Source of the DNA: Bryobacterales bacterium
GTDB lineage: Bacteria; Acidobacteriota; Terriglobia; Bryobacterales; UBA6623
Direction of reading: 5' to 3'
NCBI GenBank assembly: GCA_963422375.2
Contig: OY729428.2
Span: forward strand, 3,296,001 to 3,360,000
Length of the DNA: 64,000 bases
Position 1 is the first letter of the stretch; every line of letters begins with the position of its first letter. The notes below the pieces were generated by a model. It was not told the origin of the DNA. It searched no databases and saw nothing but the letters and a program-made list of their open reading frames with translations. The position numbers and the translations under genes were made by a program. This document shows, piece by piece, positions 9,279-19,716 of the stretch.

Positions 9279-12053
9279 ATGCGACGCGCCCTCCCGCTCG
9301 GCGCCATTCCGGACCACCCACTACAATTGGGGCCAGCGGTCACGCGCGAAATCCGGTGCGGTCGCCCCGGCCTCGGCTGGCAGCGGCATTGCCTCCGAGC
9401 AGGGCCGGGCCAGCCATCAATCGTGCGACGCAGACCCGGCCAGGCTCCCCCGAGAGCGCGCTCGCACCGGCGCCCGGCGCTTGTCGCATGTCTGGCGTGG
9501 TTGCAGCTTCTCGGCGCGACCTCCGACGCGGGTCGAGCCGAAGCCTCGGGCCGCGTCAGCAACGGCTTGGTCGCGATCTACGACTTCCGCCCCGACGGGA
9601 GCGGTCTCGTACGAGACCGGACGCTGCATCTTGAGCCCGTGGACCTCAAGGTGGGGGATCCGACTGCGGTGCGCTGGACCGACGGCGCACTCGAATTCAC
9701 GGCCCCCACGAGAATCCGTTCGACAGACCGGCTGGCGAAAATCGCCAACCTAGTGCGAGTGTCGGGCGAGATCACCGTCGAAGCGTGGATCGATCTATCC
9801 GCCACCGACGCAGGCCAGTCCGCTTGCATTCTGGCCCTGTCCAACGGGTCGGACCAAGTCAATTTCGAGCTGCGGCAGCGCGGCCGTAGCTACCGCGCCC
9901 GCTTCCGGACGTCGCTGACCGCGAGGGGAGACGGAGCGCAGCTGGCCGTCGCCGCGGGCGAGTCCGAAACAGGGGCGACGCAGGTTGTCTTCACACGGGA
10001 CCGCACGGGCCGGTCACGCATCTTCCTTGACGGCACGCTCTCGCAGGAGGGCTGGATACCCGGCTCGGCCTCGGACTGGGAGAAGACCACCCTCACGCTA
10101 GGAAACGGTGCCAAGGGACGGCGACCGTGGCTGGGATCGGTCCATTTGCTGGCAGTCTACGGCCGCGACCTGCTGCCTGCGGAGGTCGCGCGCAACCGCG
10201 AAGCGGGCTCGCAGCTGCCGCCCCCCGAGGCGACGCGGCTTTCCGAGAGCGCCGTCCTGTTCGAGACCGAGGTCGCGCCGCTGCTGGCGAGCCGGTGCCT
10301 CGACTGTCACGACTCCTCGGTCAGGCAAGGCGGGCTAGACCTGACCAAGAGGGCAAGCGCTCTCGAGGGCGGGGACCGCGGCAACGCGATCAAGCCGGGC
10401 GACGCCTCCTCAAGCCTCCTCTGGCTGATGGTGCAGTCCGGGGCGATGCCGCAGAGCCGGCCGCCCCTCTCCGACCCGCAGAAGCAGGTCCTGCGGGACT
10501 GGATTGACGGCGGCGCGTCCTGGACCCGCGAGGCGATCGGCGCCGCGGCCCGCCCCCGTGTTGGCAGCGGCGCAGACAGCTGGGTGCGACGTCTCACCGC
10601 AGGCGAGTACGTCGAGACGGTCCGTGCCGCCTTGGGCGTCGATCTCTCGGACGAAGCGCGGGATGCCCTGCCCGCCGAAGTGCGCGCGGACGGATTCGAG
10701 AACACGGCGTACAATCTCACCGTCGATTTGGCGCACGTGGAGGCGTACGCCAAGCTCGCCGCGGCTGCGGCCACTCGCGCGGAGGTCGGCGAATTCGTCG
10801 GCCAGGGCGGGCAGCTGGACGAGAGGTGGATCCGCGCCATGGGTCGACGGGTGCTGCGCGGGCCGCTGAGCGAGCGCGAGGTCGGCCCTTACCGGAATCT
10901 GGCCGATCAGGTCGGTACCCAAGGCGGCACCGTCGACGAAGCTGCCCGCATCGTTCTCGAGGCAATGCTCCAGTCGCCGCGATTCCTCTATCGCATCGAG
11001 CAGCAGCGCGGCGACGGAACGGCATGGCCCGCCGACGCCTTCGAGCTGGCCTCCCGGCTGAGCTACGTCGTCTGGGGAGGTCCGCCCGACGACGAGCTAG
11101 CTGCGGCGGCTGAATCGGGCAGCCTGACCGCCAAGGCGGAAGTGCGTCGACAGGTCCGGCGCATGCTGGACGATCACCGCGCCGTGGCGCGATCTCTCGA
11201 GTTCATTGGCCAGTGGCTGGACGTGGGCCGCCTAGCCAACCTGCAGCCGGACAGGCACCGATTCCCGGCCTGGCATCCGGGGCTGGCCGTCGACATGCGC
11301 CAAGAGACCTTGTCCTTCTTCAAGGATCTGGCATGGCACCGGAAGCGACCGCTGCACGAGTTGCTCAACGCCCAATTCAGCTATCTGACACCGAGGCTCG
11401 CTCGACACTACGGTCTCGCCCCGGCCGGATCGGGACTCAGGCGCTACGACCTCGCGGGCGTGCCAAGTCGCGGCGGGCTCCTGACCCAAGGCACGCTGCT
11501 GACGGTCGGCGGCGACGATGCCTCGATGGTCACGCGCGGCCTGTTCGTGCTGCACGATCTCCTGTTCGGGGAGGTCGGATCCCCGCCGCCGGGCTTGGAC
11601 ACCAGCCCCGTGCCGGCCAGTCCCGGCCGGTCGCGCCGCGCCATCGCCGCCGAACGCGTCGAGAGCGCGGCCTGCGGCGGATGCCACAGCAGATTCGAGC
11701 CGCTTGCGTACGGCCTCGAGAAGTTCGACGGGCTCGGGAGCTACCAAGACGTCGACGAGCACGGCAACCGCCTAGGCGAGGACGGAGAGGTCCTGTTTCC
11801 CGGCGCGGCCGAGCCTGTGACATACGACAGCATCGGGCAGCTCATGGAGCTGCTTGCGGCCAGCGACCGCGTCCGACAGACGATCACTCGGAAGCTGGCC
11901 CAGTTCGCCGTCGGAAGGCCACTCGCGGCTGCGGACGAGCCCGCCATCCAACGGATCCATCGGGAGGCCGCGCGGGCGGGCGCGACGTACCGAGACCTAG
12001 TAACGGCTATCGCGACGAGCGAACTGGTACTTGAGGTTCAGACCGAGCCGTGA
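9279..12053 (+). CDS. DUF1592/DUF1588-type protein with LamG-like and planctomycete cytochrome c domains
   Basis: LamG-like region (EITVEAWI...GRSRIFLDG); CLDCH...GGLDL...MP cytochrome c; RRLTAGEY, LQSPRFLYRIE, ELASRLSY, RGGLL and CGGCH motifs. The true start may be GTG 9423. Confidence 0.88.
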   Translation: MRRALPLGAIPDHPLQLGPAVTREIRCGRPGLGWQRHCLRAGPGQPSIVRRRPGQAPPRARSHRRPALVACLAWLQLLGATSDAGRAEASGRVSNGLVAIYDFRPDGSGLVRDRTLHLEPVDLKVGDPTAVRWTDGALEFTAPTRIRSTDRLAKIANLVRVSGEITVEAWIDLSATDAGQSACILALSNGSDQVNFELRQRGRSYRARFRTSLTARGDGAQLAVAAGESETGATQVVFTRDRTGRSRIFLDGTLSQEGWIPGSASDWEKTTLTLGNGAKGRRPWLGSVHLLAVYGRDLLPAEVARNREAGSQLPPPEATRLSESAVLFETEVAPLLASRCLDCHDSSVRQGGLDLTKRASALEGGDRGNAIKPGDASSSLLWLMVQSGAMPQSRPPLSDPQKQVLRDWIDGGASWTREAIGAAARPRVGSGADSWVRRLTAGEYVETVRAALGVDLSDEARDALPAEVRADGFENTAYNLTVDLAHVEAYAKLAAAAATRAEVGEFVGQGGQLDERWIRAMGRRVLRGPLSEREVGPYRNLADQVGTQGGTVDEAARIVLEAMLQSPRFLYRIEQQRGDGTAWPADAFELASRLSYVVWGGPPDDELAAAAESGSLTAKAEVRRQVRRMLDDHRAVARSLEFIGQWLDVGRLANLQPDRHRFPAWHPGLAVDMRQETLSFFKDLAWHRKRPLHELLNAQFSYLTPRLARHYGLAPAGSGLRRYDLAGVPSRGGLLTQGTLLTVGGDDASMVTRGLFVLHDLLFGEVGSPPPGLDTSPVPASPGRSRRAIAAERVESAACGGCHSRFEPLAYGLEKFDGLGSYQDVDEHGNRLGEDGEVLFPGAAEPVTYDSIGQLMELLAASDRVRQTITRKLAQFAVGRPLAAADEPAIQRIHREAARAGATYRDLVTAIATSELVLEVQTEP

Positions 12054-12086
12054 CGGTCGGCGCGAACACGAGGGAGAGGGAGAATC

Positions 12087-13496
12087 ATGACGACGAGACG
12101 AGTGAGCCGACGGACCGTGCTACACGGGGCCGGAGGCGTCGCGGTCGGGCTGCCCCTGCTGGAGGAGATGCTCGTCGCAGGCACCGCGGCGAAGCCCCCG
12201 GCCCGGGCGTTCAATGTATTCTTCGGCCTCGGGATCCCCGCGCCGCTGCAGACCGAGGGCTACGAAGGGGTATTGGAGCCGCTGCGCCCATTGGCCGACA
12301 AGATGCTCGTCCTGCGCGACGTCGACCAGATTCGTTGCGATGAAGCGGGCATCAACGCGCATTTCGACGGTTCCAGCGGAGCCTTCACGGCGGAACCGCC
12401 CCTGGGCGAGGCGCGCTCCGGCGGGCCCTCGATAGACCAAGTGGTCCGCAAGACGTTCTATCCCGAGGGCCAGCCCGCCGACGTGGTCCCGACGCTGGTC
12501 GGCGGCACGTACTTCCGGCGCAGCAGGGTGTGCCGCTACGTCCATAGCTACAACGACGACGGCACGGCCGCGGCTGCGATGCAGGAGAAGCCCCGGGATC
12601 TGTTCGACAGGGTATTCGGGGCGATCCAGTTGCCCGACGGGCAGGGGAACGGACGGCGCCAGCGAATGCGTCGCAGCGTGCTGGATGCGGTGGTGGGCCA
12701 GTACCAGCACTTCACGGGCCCGAACTCCCCGCTGGGGGCCCGGTCGAGGGCCCGGCTGGCCGACCACTTGGACCGCATCCGCGAACTCGAGCAGCGGGCG
12801 TTCGAGGCGCAGCCGAAGGCGGCGGGGCAGCCCCAGCTGCCGCCACGCTCGCGCATCGCTCACGGCGGCTACGCGGATCCCGGCGGCGAGGGGATCGACA
12901 TGGAGCTAGCCGAACTGACAAGCGAATGGCGGCTCATGGCCGACCTCTACGCACTGGCAGTCGAAGTTGACCGAGTGCGGTTCGGGTCGGTGACGTTCCT
13001 CGCTGCCGGCGAGCGCCTGCGCATTACAGGCGACTACGCCTACAACGGTCGCAAGATCTTCCGTTTCGACGACGCCGGCCAGCGCAAGGCCTCGGGCGCG
13101 CAAGCATGCAGCCACGAGTGGTGGCACGACTTCGAGCCGGACGAGCGCAACCCGCAACTGCGGGCGCACGCGCACATGCATCTGCGCGAGATCGCTTACT
13201 TTCTGCGGCGGCTCGACGAGATACGCGACAACAACGGCAAGTCCGCGCTCGAGAACTCGATGGTGACGGTCTCGACCGAGTCGGGCGACGGGCGGCATTC
13301 GGACGTTCGACGCGAGCTGTCGGGTGTCTTTCACGCGATATCCTCGGCCGGTGGACGCTTCAAGACCGGCGAAATCGTCGACGTCGGCGCGGAGGGACTC
13401 GACGTGTATAACACCATGCTCGAATCGATCGGAGCGAGTGGACGCCTAGGCCCTGCCGACCGCGAATTCCGCAGAATCGACGCGATTCTCGCCTAG
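12087..13496 (+). CDS. DUF1552-family protein (partner of DUF1592 proteins)
   Basis: SRRTVLHGAGGVAVGLPLLEEM N-terminus; GPSIDQ; RSVLDAV; HLDRIRELE; good RBS (GAGGGAG); directly downstream of the DUF1592 gene. Confidence 0.85.
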   Translation: MTTRRVSRRTVLHGAGGVAVGLPLLEEMLVAGTAAKPPARAFNVFFGLGIPAPLQTEGYEGVLEPLRPLADKMLVLRDVDQIRCDEAGINAHFDGSSGAFTAEPPLGEARSGGPSIDQVVRKTFYPEGQPADVVPTLVGGTYFRRSRVCRYVHSYNDDGTAAAAMQEKPRDLFDRVFGAIQLPDGQGNGRRQRMRRSVLDAVVGQYQHFTGPNSPLGARSRARLADHLDRIRELEQRAFEAQPKAAGQPQLPPRSRIAHGGYADPGGEGIDMELAELTSEWRLMADLYALAVEVDRVRFGSVTFLAAGERLRITGDYAYNGRKIFRFDDAGQRKASGAQACSHEWWHDFEPDERNPQLRAHAHMHLREIAYFLRRLDEIRDNNGKSALENSMVTVSTESGDGRHSDVRRELSGVFHAISSAGGRFKTGEIVDVGAEGLDVYNTMLESIGASGRLGPADREFRRIDAILA

Positions 13497-13652
13497 CCGG
13501 CTGAGCGGGCTGTCTCCGGGCGGGATCTCGCGACAGCAGCGCCGCACCCTGCCTCGTGCTCACAGGGCTAATCCCGGCTCAGAGATTCATGCGCCGCTGC
13601 CCGGCCCGGCCCAATCACCCCCAACCGGAGCATGCGCTCTTACGTCTGCACC

Positions 13653-15383
13653 CAGCGGTTCTAAATTTGGCCGTCAAGGGGGTGCGTGAACGTTGTTTCG
13701 GAGGATGAGGTGAATCAGTTGACCGAGAGGTTGCGCTCCCGAGGCCGCCCCGCGGGAGCGTCGGACGGCGGGCAGGGCCGTGGTGCGGCCCGCGTCGCGG
13801 GTCCGCCGAGTGCCGAGCCCGCGGCCGGACGCACTCCGGCGGTAGCCGGCTGCGACGGTCGGCCGCCCGCCGGACGCTGCCGGCACGAAACTGCGCGGAG
13901 TCCAGGCCCCGGCCACCCGGCCGCCTGGCAGCCCGGAGGCGCGCGTCCGGCGCGCACCGCCGCCAGCAGCGTCGGCCGGTCCGGGAAGCGGAACCAGCGC
14001 AGCGCGACCTGCAGCTCCCGGAACAGGGCGCGGCGCGTGACCAGCTGGCGCCGGCACTGCTGCCGCAGCGCGCAGACGCACTGCAGCACGGCGTGGAGCG
14101 CGAAGGCGAACAGGTTCGGCACGGCCGGCACGTTGGCCGGCACGTCCTTGCCGTGCCCGAAGTTGCGCTTGCAGTTGCGGCCGTGCCGCGCCAGGCAGTT
14201 GAAGCCCTCGTTCTCGATCTTCCAGCGCGCCCGGCCGGCCCGCGCGATCCGCTCCGCGTTGTCCGCGGTGACCGCGAGACCGGTGAAGAAGCTGCTGGCG
14301 CAGGTGCGCTTGCCGTCGCGCTCCACGGCGTACTCGATCCAAGTGCCCCGCAGGGCGTCGCGGCCCTGGCGCAGGGGCGCCGCGGCCGTCCGGCGAAAAC
14401 GGTGCCGCTCGCACCGCTTGCCCTTCCCGCGCCGCGGCAGCCAGCCGGTCGAGCGCACCGCGCCGCTCGCCCGCCGGCTCTCCGGCACCTCGTGCAAGTG
14501 CTTGCGGGATCCGGGCTTGCATACCCGGATGCAGTCCATGCCGGCCGCCGCGGCGGCCTCGCAGAGCGGCTGGCATCAGTACAGGTCGTCGCCCGGCAGG
14601 ACGGGGCGGCAGGCCTGCAGCCAGGCGCCGCGAGCGGCGAGCCAGCGCTTGGCGGCGTTGCGCTCGCCGTCCCGCTTGCGCTCGTCCTCGCTCATGTCGG
14701 CGCGGGTCGCGGCCGCGTCCTGCTGCGGGCACGCGAACTCGGGCATCAGCGGCAGGACGGGGGCGTGGCCGTCGGCCACCGCGGTGGCCGACGGCCATGG
14801 CGTGGAAGTGATGCGGCCGGCGCTCGCTGCCGACGCGCCGCACCGAGCACTGCGGGCCATGCACCCTGTCGGAGCGGTGGAACCGGACGCCGTCCGGAGC
14901 CGCCGGCAGGCGCTCGTCGAGGCGCTGGAAGGGCTCGAGCGCGCCCTGCGCGGCCACGGTTGCGAGGCACGGCCGGAACAGCGGGTCGCACGCGGCCGGG
15001 TCGCGGTCGTCGAGCAAGTTGCGGATCCGGTTGTCGCAGGGGATGCGGCCCGCGCCGCACAGGGTCCGGCAGTTGCAGCGGGAGCCGTTCCGCTCCATGC
15101 GCCGCTGGAACGCGAGCAACGACTCGCACCGGGTGAAGAAGCAGGCCGGGGCGCACCAGGGCGCAACCGGCGGCGTCGCTGACCTCGTAGCGCTTGTTGC
15201 GACCGTCGCGCCGGTCGGGCCGGCCGGCGGCCGTCTCGCGGAAGGCGCTCAGCAGCACGTCCAGGACATGGGGCATTCACCCTAGCTCACAAATTCCGCA
15301 AGCAAAAGTCGAGTGCCAGACTGCCTTCGACACCTTTCTCAGACACTCTGGAAATCCCAAAATGCCCAAATTGAGAATCGCTG
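13653..15383 (-). mobile_element. Degenerate ISNCY-like insertion sequence
   Basis: Terminal IRs CAGCGGTTCTAAATTTGG (13653-13670) and the reverse complement of 15366-15383 (CAGCGATTCTCAATTTGG) match 16/18. The transposase is frameshifted and retains GDDLY and RAGRARWKIENEGFN...NFGHG motifs. Confidence 0.8.
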
Positions 15384-15660
15384 ACTTCCAGCACGAAGTC
15401 CGGAGCCTTGCCCTCCTCCCACACGAAGTACGACATGCGGTCGCCTCCGCGGACGCCCAAGGCCACCATCACGTCCGGCACGACCCTCTTCTTAGGCTTG
15501 TCCTTGACGTAGTACACCAGCAGGTTGTTGGCCACCAGCACGTCCTCGCGCCCGCGGAAGTGATGCCTCAGCATCAACGTGGCATCCCTATTCACCTTTT
15601 CCTGGAGGGTGTTGTCCGCCATCGGCCGACCGTCCGAGCAAGGGTACTGCACTTCGGCGG
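15384..15660 (-). pseudogene. Uma2 (DUF820) endonuclease N-terminal fragment, truncated by the IS end
   Basis: YPCSDGRPMADNT...NLLVYY...VPDVMVALGV...SYFVWEEGKAPDFVLEV abuts the IR at 15383. Confidence 0.8.
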
Positions 15661-16590
15661 CTGCAGGTGCCGGCCTGCGCCTCCTCCGGAGGGGCGGGCC
15701 CGTCGGTGGGATGCGCCCGCGGCCCGCGGTCAACGGCACCTGTCTGCTCAATCTGCTTGCCGGGCATGGGACCCATCGACGCGCCGCAGCGAGCCCGCCA
15801 ATGGCGGGCCGGGAGACAAGCAAGCCCGGGGCGGGCTCGGGATCAGCGAGCGACCCCTTGGGCTCGGCGACCGCCCCTAGCGGGGCAGCGGCCGCTGCCG
15901 AGTGCGGGGTTGCCGCGGTGGCGCTCTGCCGCTTCGCAGCCCGAATCCGCGTGGTGACGGCGTGCGGACCGCAAGGGATCCGGCGACCCCGCAGTCGCGA
16001 GCGACAGCGTTCCGCGCATGGATCCACATGGAGGCGGCTAGCTGTTTGGGTATGTCATGCCTATTCCGAAGGCAAGAAGCGACGATCCGGCGGCGGTGCC
16101 GAATCGGCAGGTGACGCGCTGGAGAGTCAGGCCTGCTCAAGGGGGCCCTAGATTCGGGTGCGAGAACCCGCGAGCTCGTTGGTCGCCCTCAGGCGGTGCC
16201 AACCTCAGCTCTCCTGCAAGCGGGCATGCGAGTGCGAGCAGGCTGTCTTCGGAAATCGCTCTGTTGGACCGTCGCTCTCCGACCGCGAGCCAGCGGCGAA
16301 GCCGGCCTCAAGTCCTGGTTGCGAGCACACACCCGGTGGCACCGCCCTGCGGATTCGTAATCAGTTGACCCGGGCCCTCCCAGCGGCGCTCTACGACCCG
16401 GGCCGCGGCCTGCAGGGCTCAGGGAGAGCATTCGCTTGCCCGGACGGCCGACGCGAGACCCTCGCGCCCGGAAGCTCGCGACAGAAGCCGGGCCCTCGGC
16501 CCCGTCATAACTCGTGCCGTCAAGCCGACGCCGCCGGCACACCCTAGACTGGTTGTTGCCAGTCGGCAGACTCAACGGCTGGAGCGGCGC

Positions 16591-17766
16591 GTGAGGATCC
16601 TAGTTTCCGCGGGCGAGGCGTCCGGAGACCGCTACGCGTCGTGCCTCGTGCGGGCTCTGCGGCCTTGGATCCCCCACGCGCGATTCGCCGGCTGCGCCGG
16701 GCCACGCATGCGCGACCAAGGAGTCGAACCCCTCGTCAAGACGGAAGACCTCGCGGTCGTGGGCCTGTTCGAGGTACTGCGCCACGTGCCCCGGATCCAC
16801 GGCATGTTCCGACGCGTCGCCAAGGAGCTCGCGCGGCACCCTCCGGATCTCGCGATCCTCGTCGACGCTCCGGACTTCAACCTCAGACTGGCGGCTCGCC
16901 TCCGCCGGGCGGGCGTGCCAGTCGCGTACTACGTGGCCCCGCAAGTATGGGCGTGGCGTCGCTGGCGCGTCCGGCAGATCCGGAAGCTCGTGGACCAGCT
17001 GCTCGTGATCTTCCCGTTCGAGGAAGCGTTCTTCCGAGAGCGCGGCATCGAGGCGTCGTTTGTCGGTCACCCGCTAAGCGACATCGCACGGGTGTCGACG
17101 AACCGAGGCACCTTCTTCAGTCAGCACGGGCTCGACCCGTCCAGGAAGCTGGTGGCACTGTTGCCCGGCAGCAGGAAGAGCGAGTCACTCCGCCACCTAC
17201 CAGTGCTGCAGGACGCCGCGGAACGGCTGGCAGTGGCCGGGATCCGCCAGTTCGTCCTGCCGGCCTCGGCCACCACGGGCAAGCCCTTCTTCGAGGCTCG
17301 CTGGCGGGGGCGCCGCATAAGGATCGTGGAAGGGCAGGCGCAGGACTGCCTCGGCCATGCCGACGTTGCCCTGGTCGCGAGCGGAAGCGCCACCGTCGAG
17401 ACGGCGATCCTCGGCACGCCAATGGTGACCTTCTACAAGCTGGCCTGGCCGAGCTACTACCTTGCCAAGCTGCTGGTCGACGTGCCGTATTACAGCATGG
17501 TCAACATCCTGGCCGGGAAGCCCGCCGTCACCGAATGCATCCAAGGCGACTGCAGCGGCGCGAAACTGGCCAGCGAAGCCATTCGTCTACTTGATAGAGG
17601 GACCGAGAAATGCCGCATGACCGAAGATCTAGCCCGCGTGAGCGCGATGCTGCGAACGGAGGTCCCCGCCTCCGAGCGCGCCGCGCAGGTGATCGCAGAT
17701 CGGTTCGCGGTTCGACTCGCCGCGCCGCAGCGGTTGCGGCCGCGCTTCTCCTTGCCGCCGGCCTGA
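16591..17766 (+). CDS. lpxB: Lipid-A-disaccharide synthase
   Basis: SAGEASGD, DAPDFN, YYVAPQVWAWR, IFPFE, VGHPL, LLPGSR and ASGSATVE motifs. Confidence 0.95.
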   Translation: MRILVSAGEASGDRYASCLVRALRPWIPHARFAGCAGPRMRDQGVEPLVKTEDLAVVGLFEVLRHVPRIHGMFRRVAKELARHPPDLAILVDAPDFNLRLAARLRRAGVPVAYYVAPQVWAWRRWRVRQIRKLVDQLLVIFPFEEAFFRERGIEASFVGHPLSDIARVSTNRGTFFSQHGLDPSRKLVALLPGSRKSESLRHLPVLQDAAERLAVAGIRQFVLPASATTGKPFFEARWRGRRIRIVEGQAQDCLGHADVALVASGSATVETAILGTPMVTFYKLAWPSYYLAKLLVDVPYYSMVNILAGKPAVTECIQGDCSGAKLASEAIRLLDRGTEKCRMTEDLARVSAMLRTEVPASERAAQVIADRFAVRLAAPQRLRPRFSLPPA

Positions 17767-19703
17767 CGCCGCGCCCCGCGCTGGCTCAGGATCCGGACAC
17801 CGATCCGCTCATCGATGTGGAGCACTACGAGATCGAGGTCCGCGTGGATCTCGGCGCCCAGCTGCTCGAGGCCACCGCCGCGGTGCACTTCGTGCCTCGC
17901 GACCCGGCCAAGACCGCCCTCTTCGAACTGCACGGGGCTCTCAACGTGGACTGGGCGGAAGACACGGAAGGCGAGGACCTCTACCCGCATCGCGGCCCGG
18001 GTGACTCGACGGTGAGAGTGACCTTCCCCGAGGCGCTGCCGGTGGACGAACGGCACACCGTGCGGTTCAAGTACGGCGGCAGGCTGGTCGGATACGAGGA
18101 TTCGCCGGTCGAGGGCTACGCCGTCGCCGAGATTGCCTCCGACCGCGCAATCCTGCTCTATGCCGGCCGCTGGTTCCCGGTCAACGGCTACGGCGCGGAC
18201 CGCTTCACTGCGGACATCCGGGTCACGGTCCCGGAGGGCATGACGGTGCTCGGAAGCGGCATCGGTGTCCGCTCCGAGGCCATGGAGGGCATCGAGCACC
18301 GGTTCGAATTCAACTACGCCTCGTTCCCGGGCACGGTCGCCGTCGTCAGCGAGAAACCCGTGCAAGCCGGGTCCGGCAGCGGGTCGAGTTCCGTCTACAT
18401 GCCGGGAGCCAGCGAAGAACTGGCCTTGGAGTACGGGGAGACCGCGGCCGAGATGGTCGATTTCTACACAGACCTGTACGGGGCCCCGTACTCGAAGGCG
18501 CTCGCGATCATCGAAATGGGGGAGTTCGCGCCCAACGGGTACTGGGCGCCCGGGATGGTCCTGATGAGCCCGTACGGGCGCAAGGAGACCGTGAACCGGG
18601 AACTGCTGGGCCGGCTGGTGGCGAACCAGTGGTGGGGCAGCCTGGTGGGTGCCGGCAACCGCAACCACCTCTGGCTCGTGGACGGTGTCGCGCAGTACTC
18701 GGCCCTGTTGGAGATCGAGGAGTCCGAGGGCGAGGAAGCCTTCACCAAAGCGCTCGGGAACACCCGGATCAACGCCCTGACGTTCGACGAGGTCCCGCTG
18801 CGCCAGTCCAGCCGGGTCGCGGACCTCTCGCCGCAGATGGAATCGCTGACCGCAGCGCGGGGCGCGATGGTACTGCACATGCTGCGCTGGGGAGTCGGCG
18901 ACGAGGTGTATTTCCAAACGTTGCGGGAACTGGTGGCGGACCGCACCTGGGGCACGCTGACCACGGACGCGTTCCGCGAGCTGTTCGAGACGGCGTCCGG
19001 AAAAGACCTCGACGGGTTCTTCCTGCAGTGGACGGAGACGAACATCACGCCGGAGTTCGAGCAGGAATACACCATTTACCGGCTGGGCGGCAACGAGGGC
19101 TTCCGGGTGATAGGCAAGATCAACCAAGACATGGACACGTTCAGCATGCCGGTCGAGGTCAAAGTCGAGACGGAGGGCGAGCCGGAATTCCACGTGGTGC
19201 AGGTCTCGGGCAGCTCGTCAGACTTCGCCTTGGAGACGTTCGGGAAGCCGCGGCAGGTCGTCCTGGATCCGAACCACCGGGTATTGCGCTGGGACGACGA
19301 CACGCGCGTGCGGGTCGCCATCCGGCGGGGCGAGCAGCTGATCGAACTGGGCTACTACTCGGACGCCCTTGTCGAATACTCCAAGGCGCTGGACATCAAC
19401 CGCTTCAGCTCGCTCGCGCACTACCGCACCGGCGAGGCGATGTTCCTGAGGAACAACTACCAAGCGGCCGCCAACGAGTTCCGCGAGGCGCTGAACGGCG
19501 ACCGCGACCCGGAATGGGTCGAGGTCTGGTCTCACATCAATCTAGGCAAGATCTTCGACATCACCGGCCAGCGCGAGCGCGCGGTGAACGAGTACCAGCT
19601 CGCCATCCGGACGCGGGACAACACCCAGAACGCCCAGGACGAGGCGAGCAAGTACCTCGCGGCCCCGTACAGGCGACCGCGGCCCAAGGAACGGACCTAC
19701 TGA
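17610..19703 (+). CDS. M1 aminopeptidase-fold protein with C-terminal TPR; Zn motif degenerate
   Basis: DVEHYEIEV, WFP, QWWG, RGAMVLHMLR, FFLQW, LDP and C-terminal TPRs. RLVANQWW stands where HExxH is expected. Start is uncertain. Confidence 0.8.
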   Translation: MPHDRRSSPRERDAANGGPRLRARRAGDRRSVRGSTRRAAAVAAALLLAAGLTPRPALAQDPDTDPLIDVEHYEIEVRVDLGAQLLEATAAVHFVPRDPAKTALFELHGALNVDWAEDTEGEDLYPHRGPGDSTVRVTFPEALPVDERHTVRFKYGGRLVGYEDSPVEGYAVAEIASDRAILLYAGRWFPVNGYGADRFTADIRVTVPEGMTVLGSGIGVRSEAMEGIEHRFEFNYASFPGTVAVVSEKPVQAGSGSGSSSVYMPGASEELALEYGETAAEMVDFYTDLYGAPYSKALAIIEMGEFAPNGYWAPGMVLMSPYGRKETVNRELLGRLVANQWWGSLVGAGNRNHLWLVDGVAQYSALLEIEESEGEEAFTKALGNTRINALTFDEVPLRQSSRVADLSPQMESLTAARGAMVLHMLRWGVGDEVYFQTLRELVADRTWGTLTTDAFRELFETASGKDLDGFFLQWTETNITPEFEQEYTIYRLGGNEGFRVIGKINQDMDTFSMPVEVKVETEGEPEFHVVQVSGSSSDFALETFGKPRQVVLDPNHRVLRWDDDTRVRVAIRRGEQLIELGYYSDALVEYSKALDINRFSSLAHYRTGEAMFLRNNYQAAANEFREALNGDRDPEWVEVWSHINLGKIFDITGQRERAVNEYQLAIRTRDNTQNAQDEASKYLAAPYRRPRPKERTY

Positions 19704-19716
19704 GCCAGAGCCGGTC

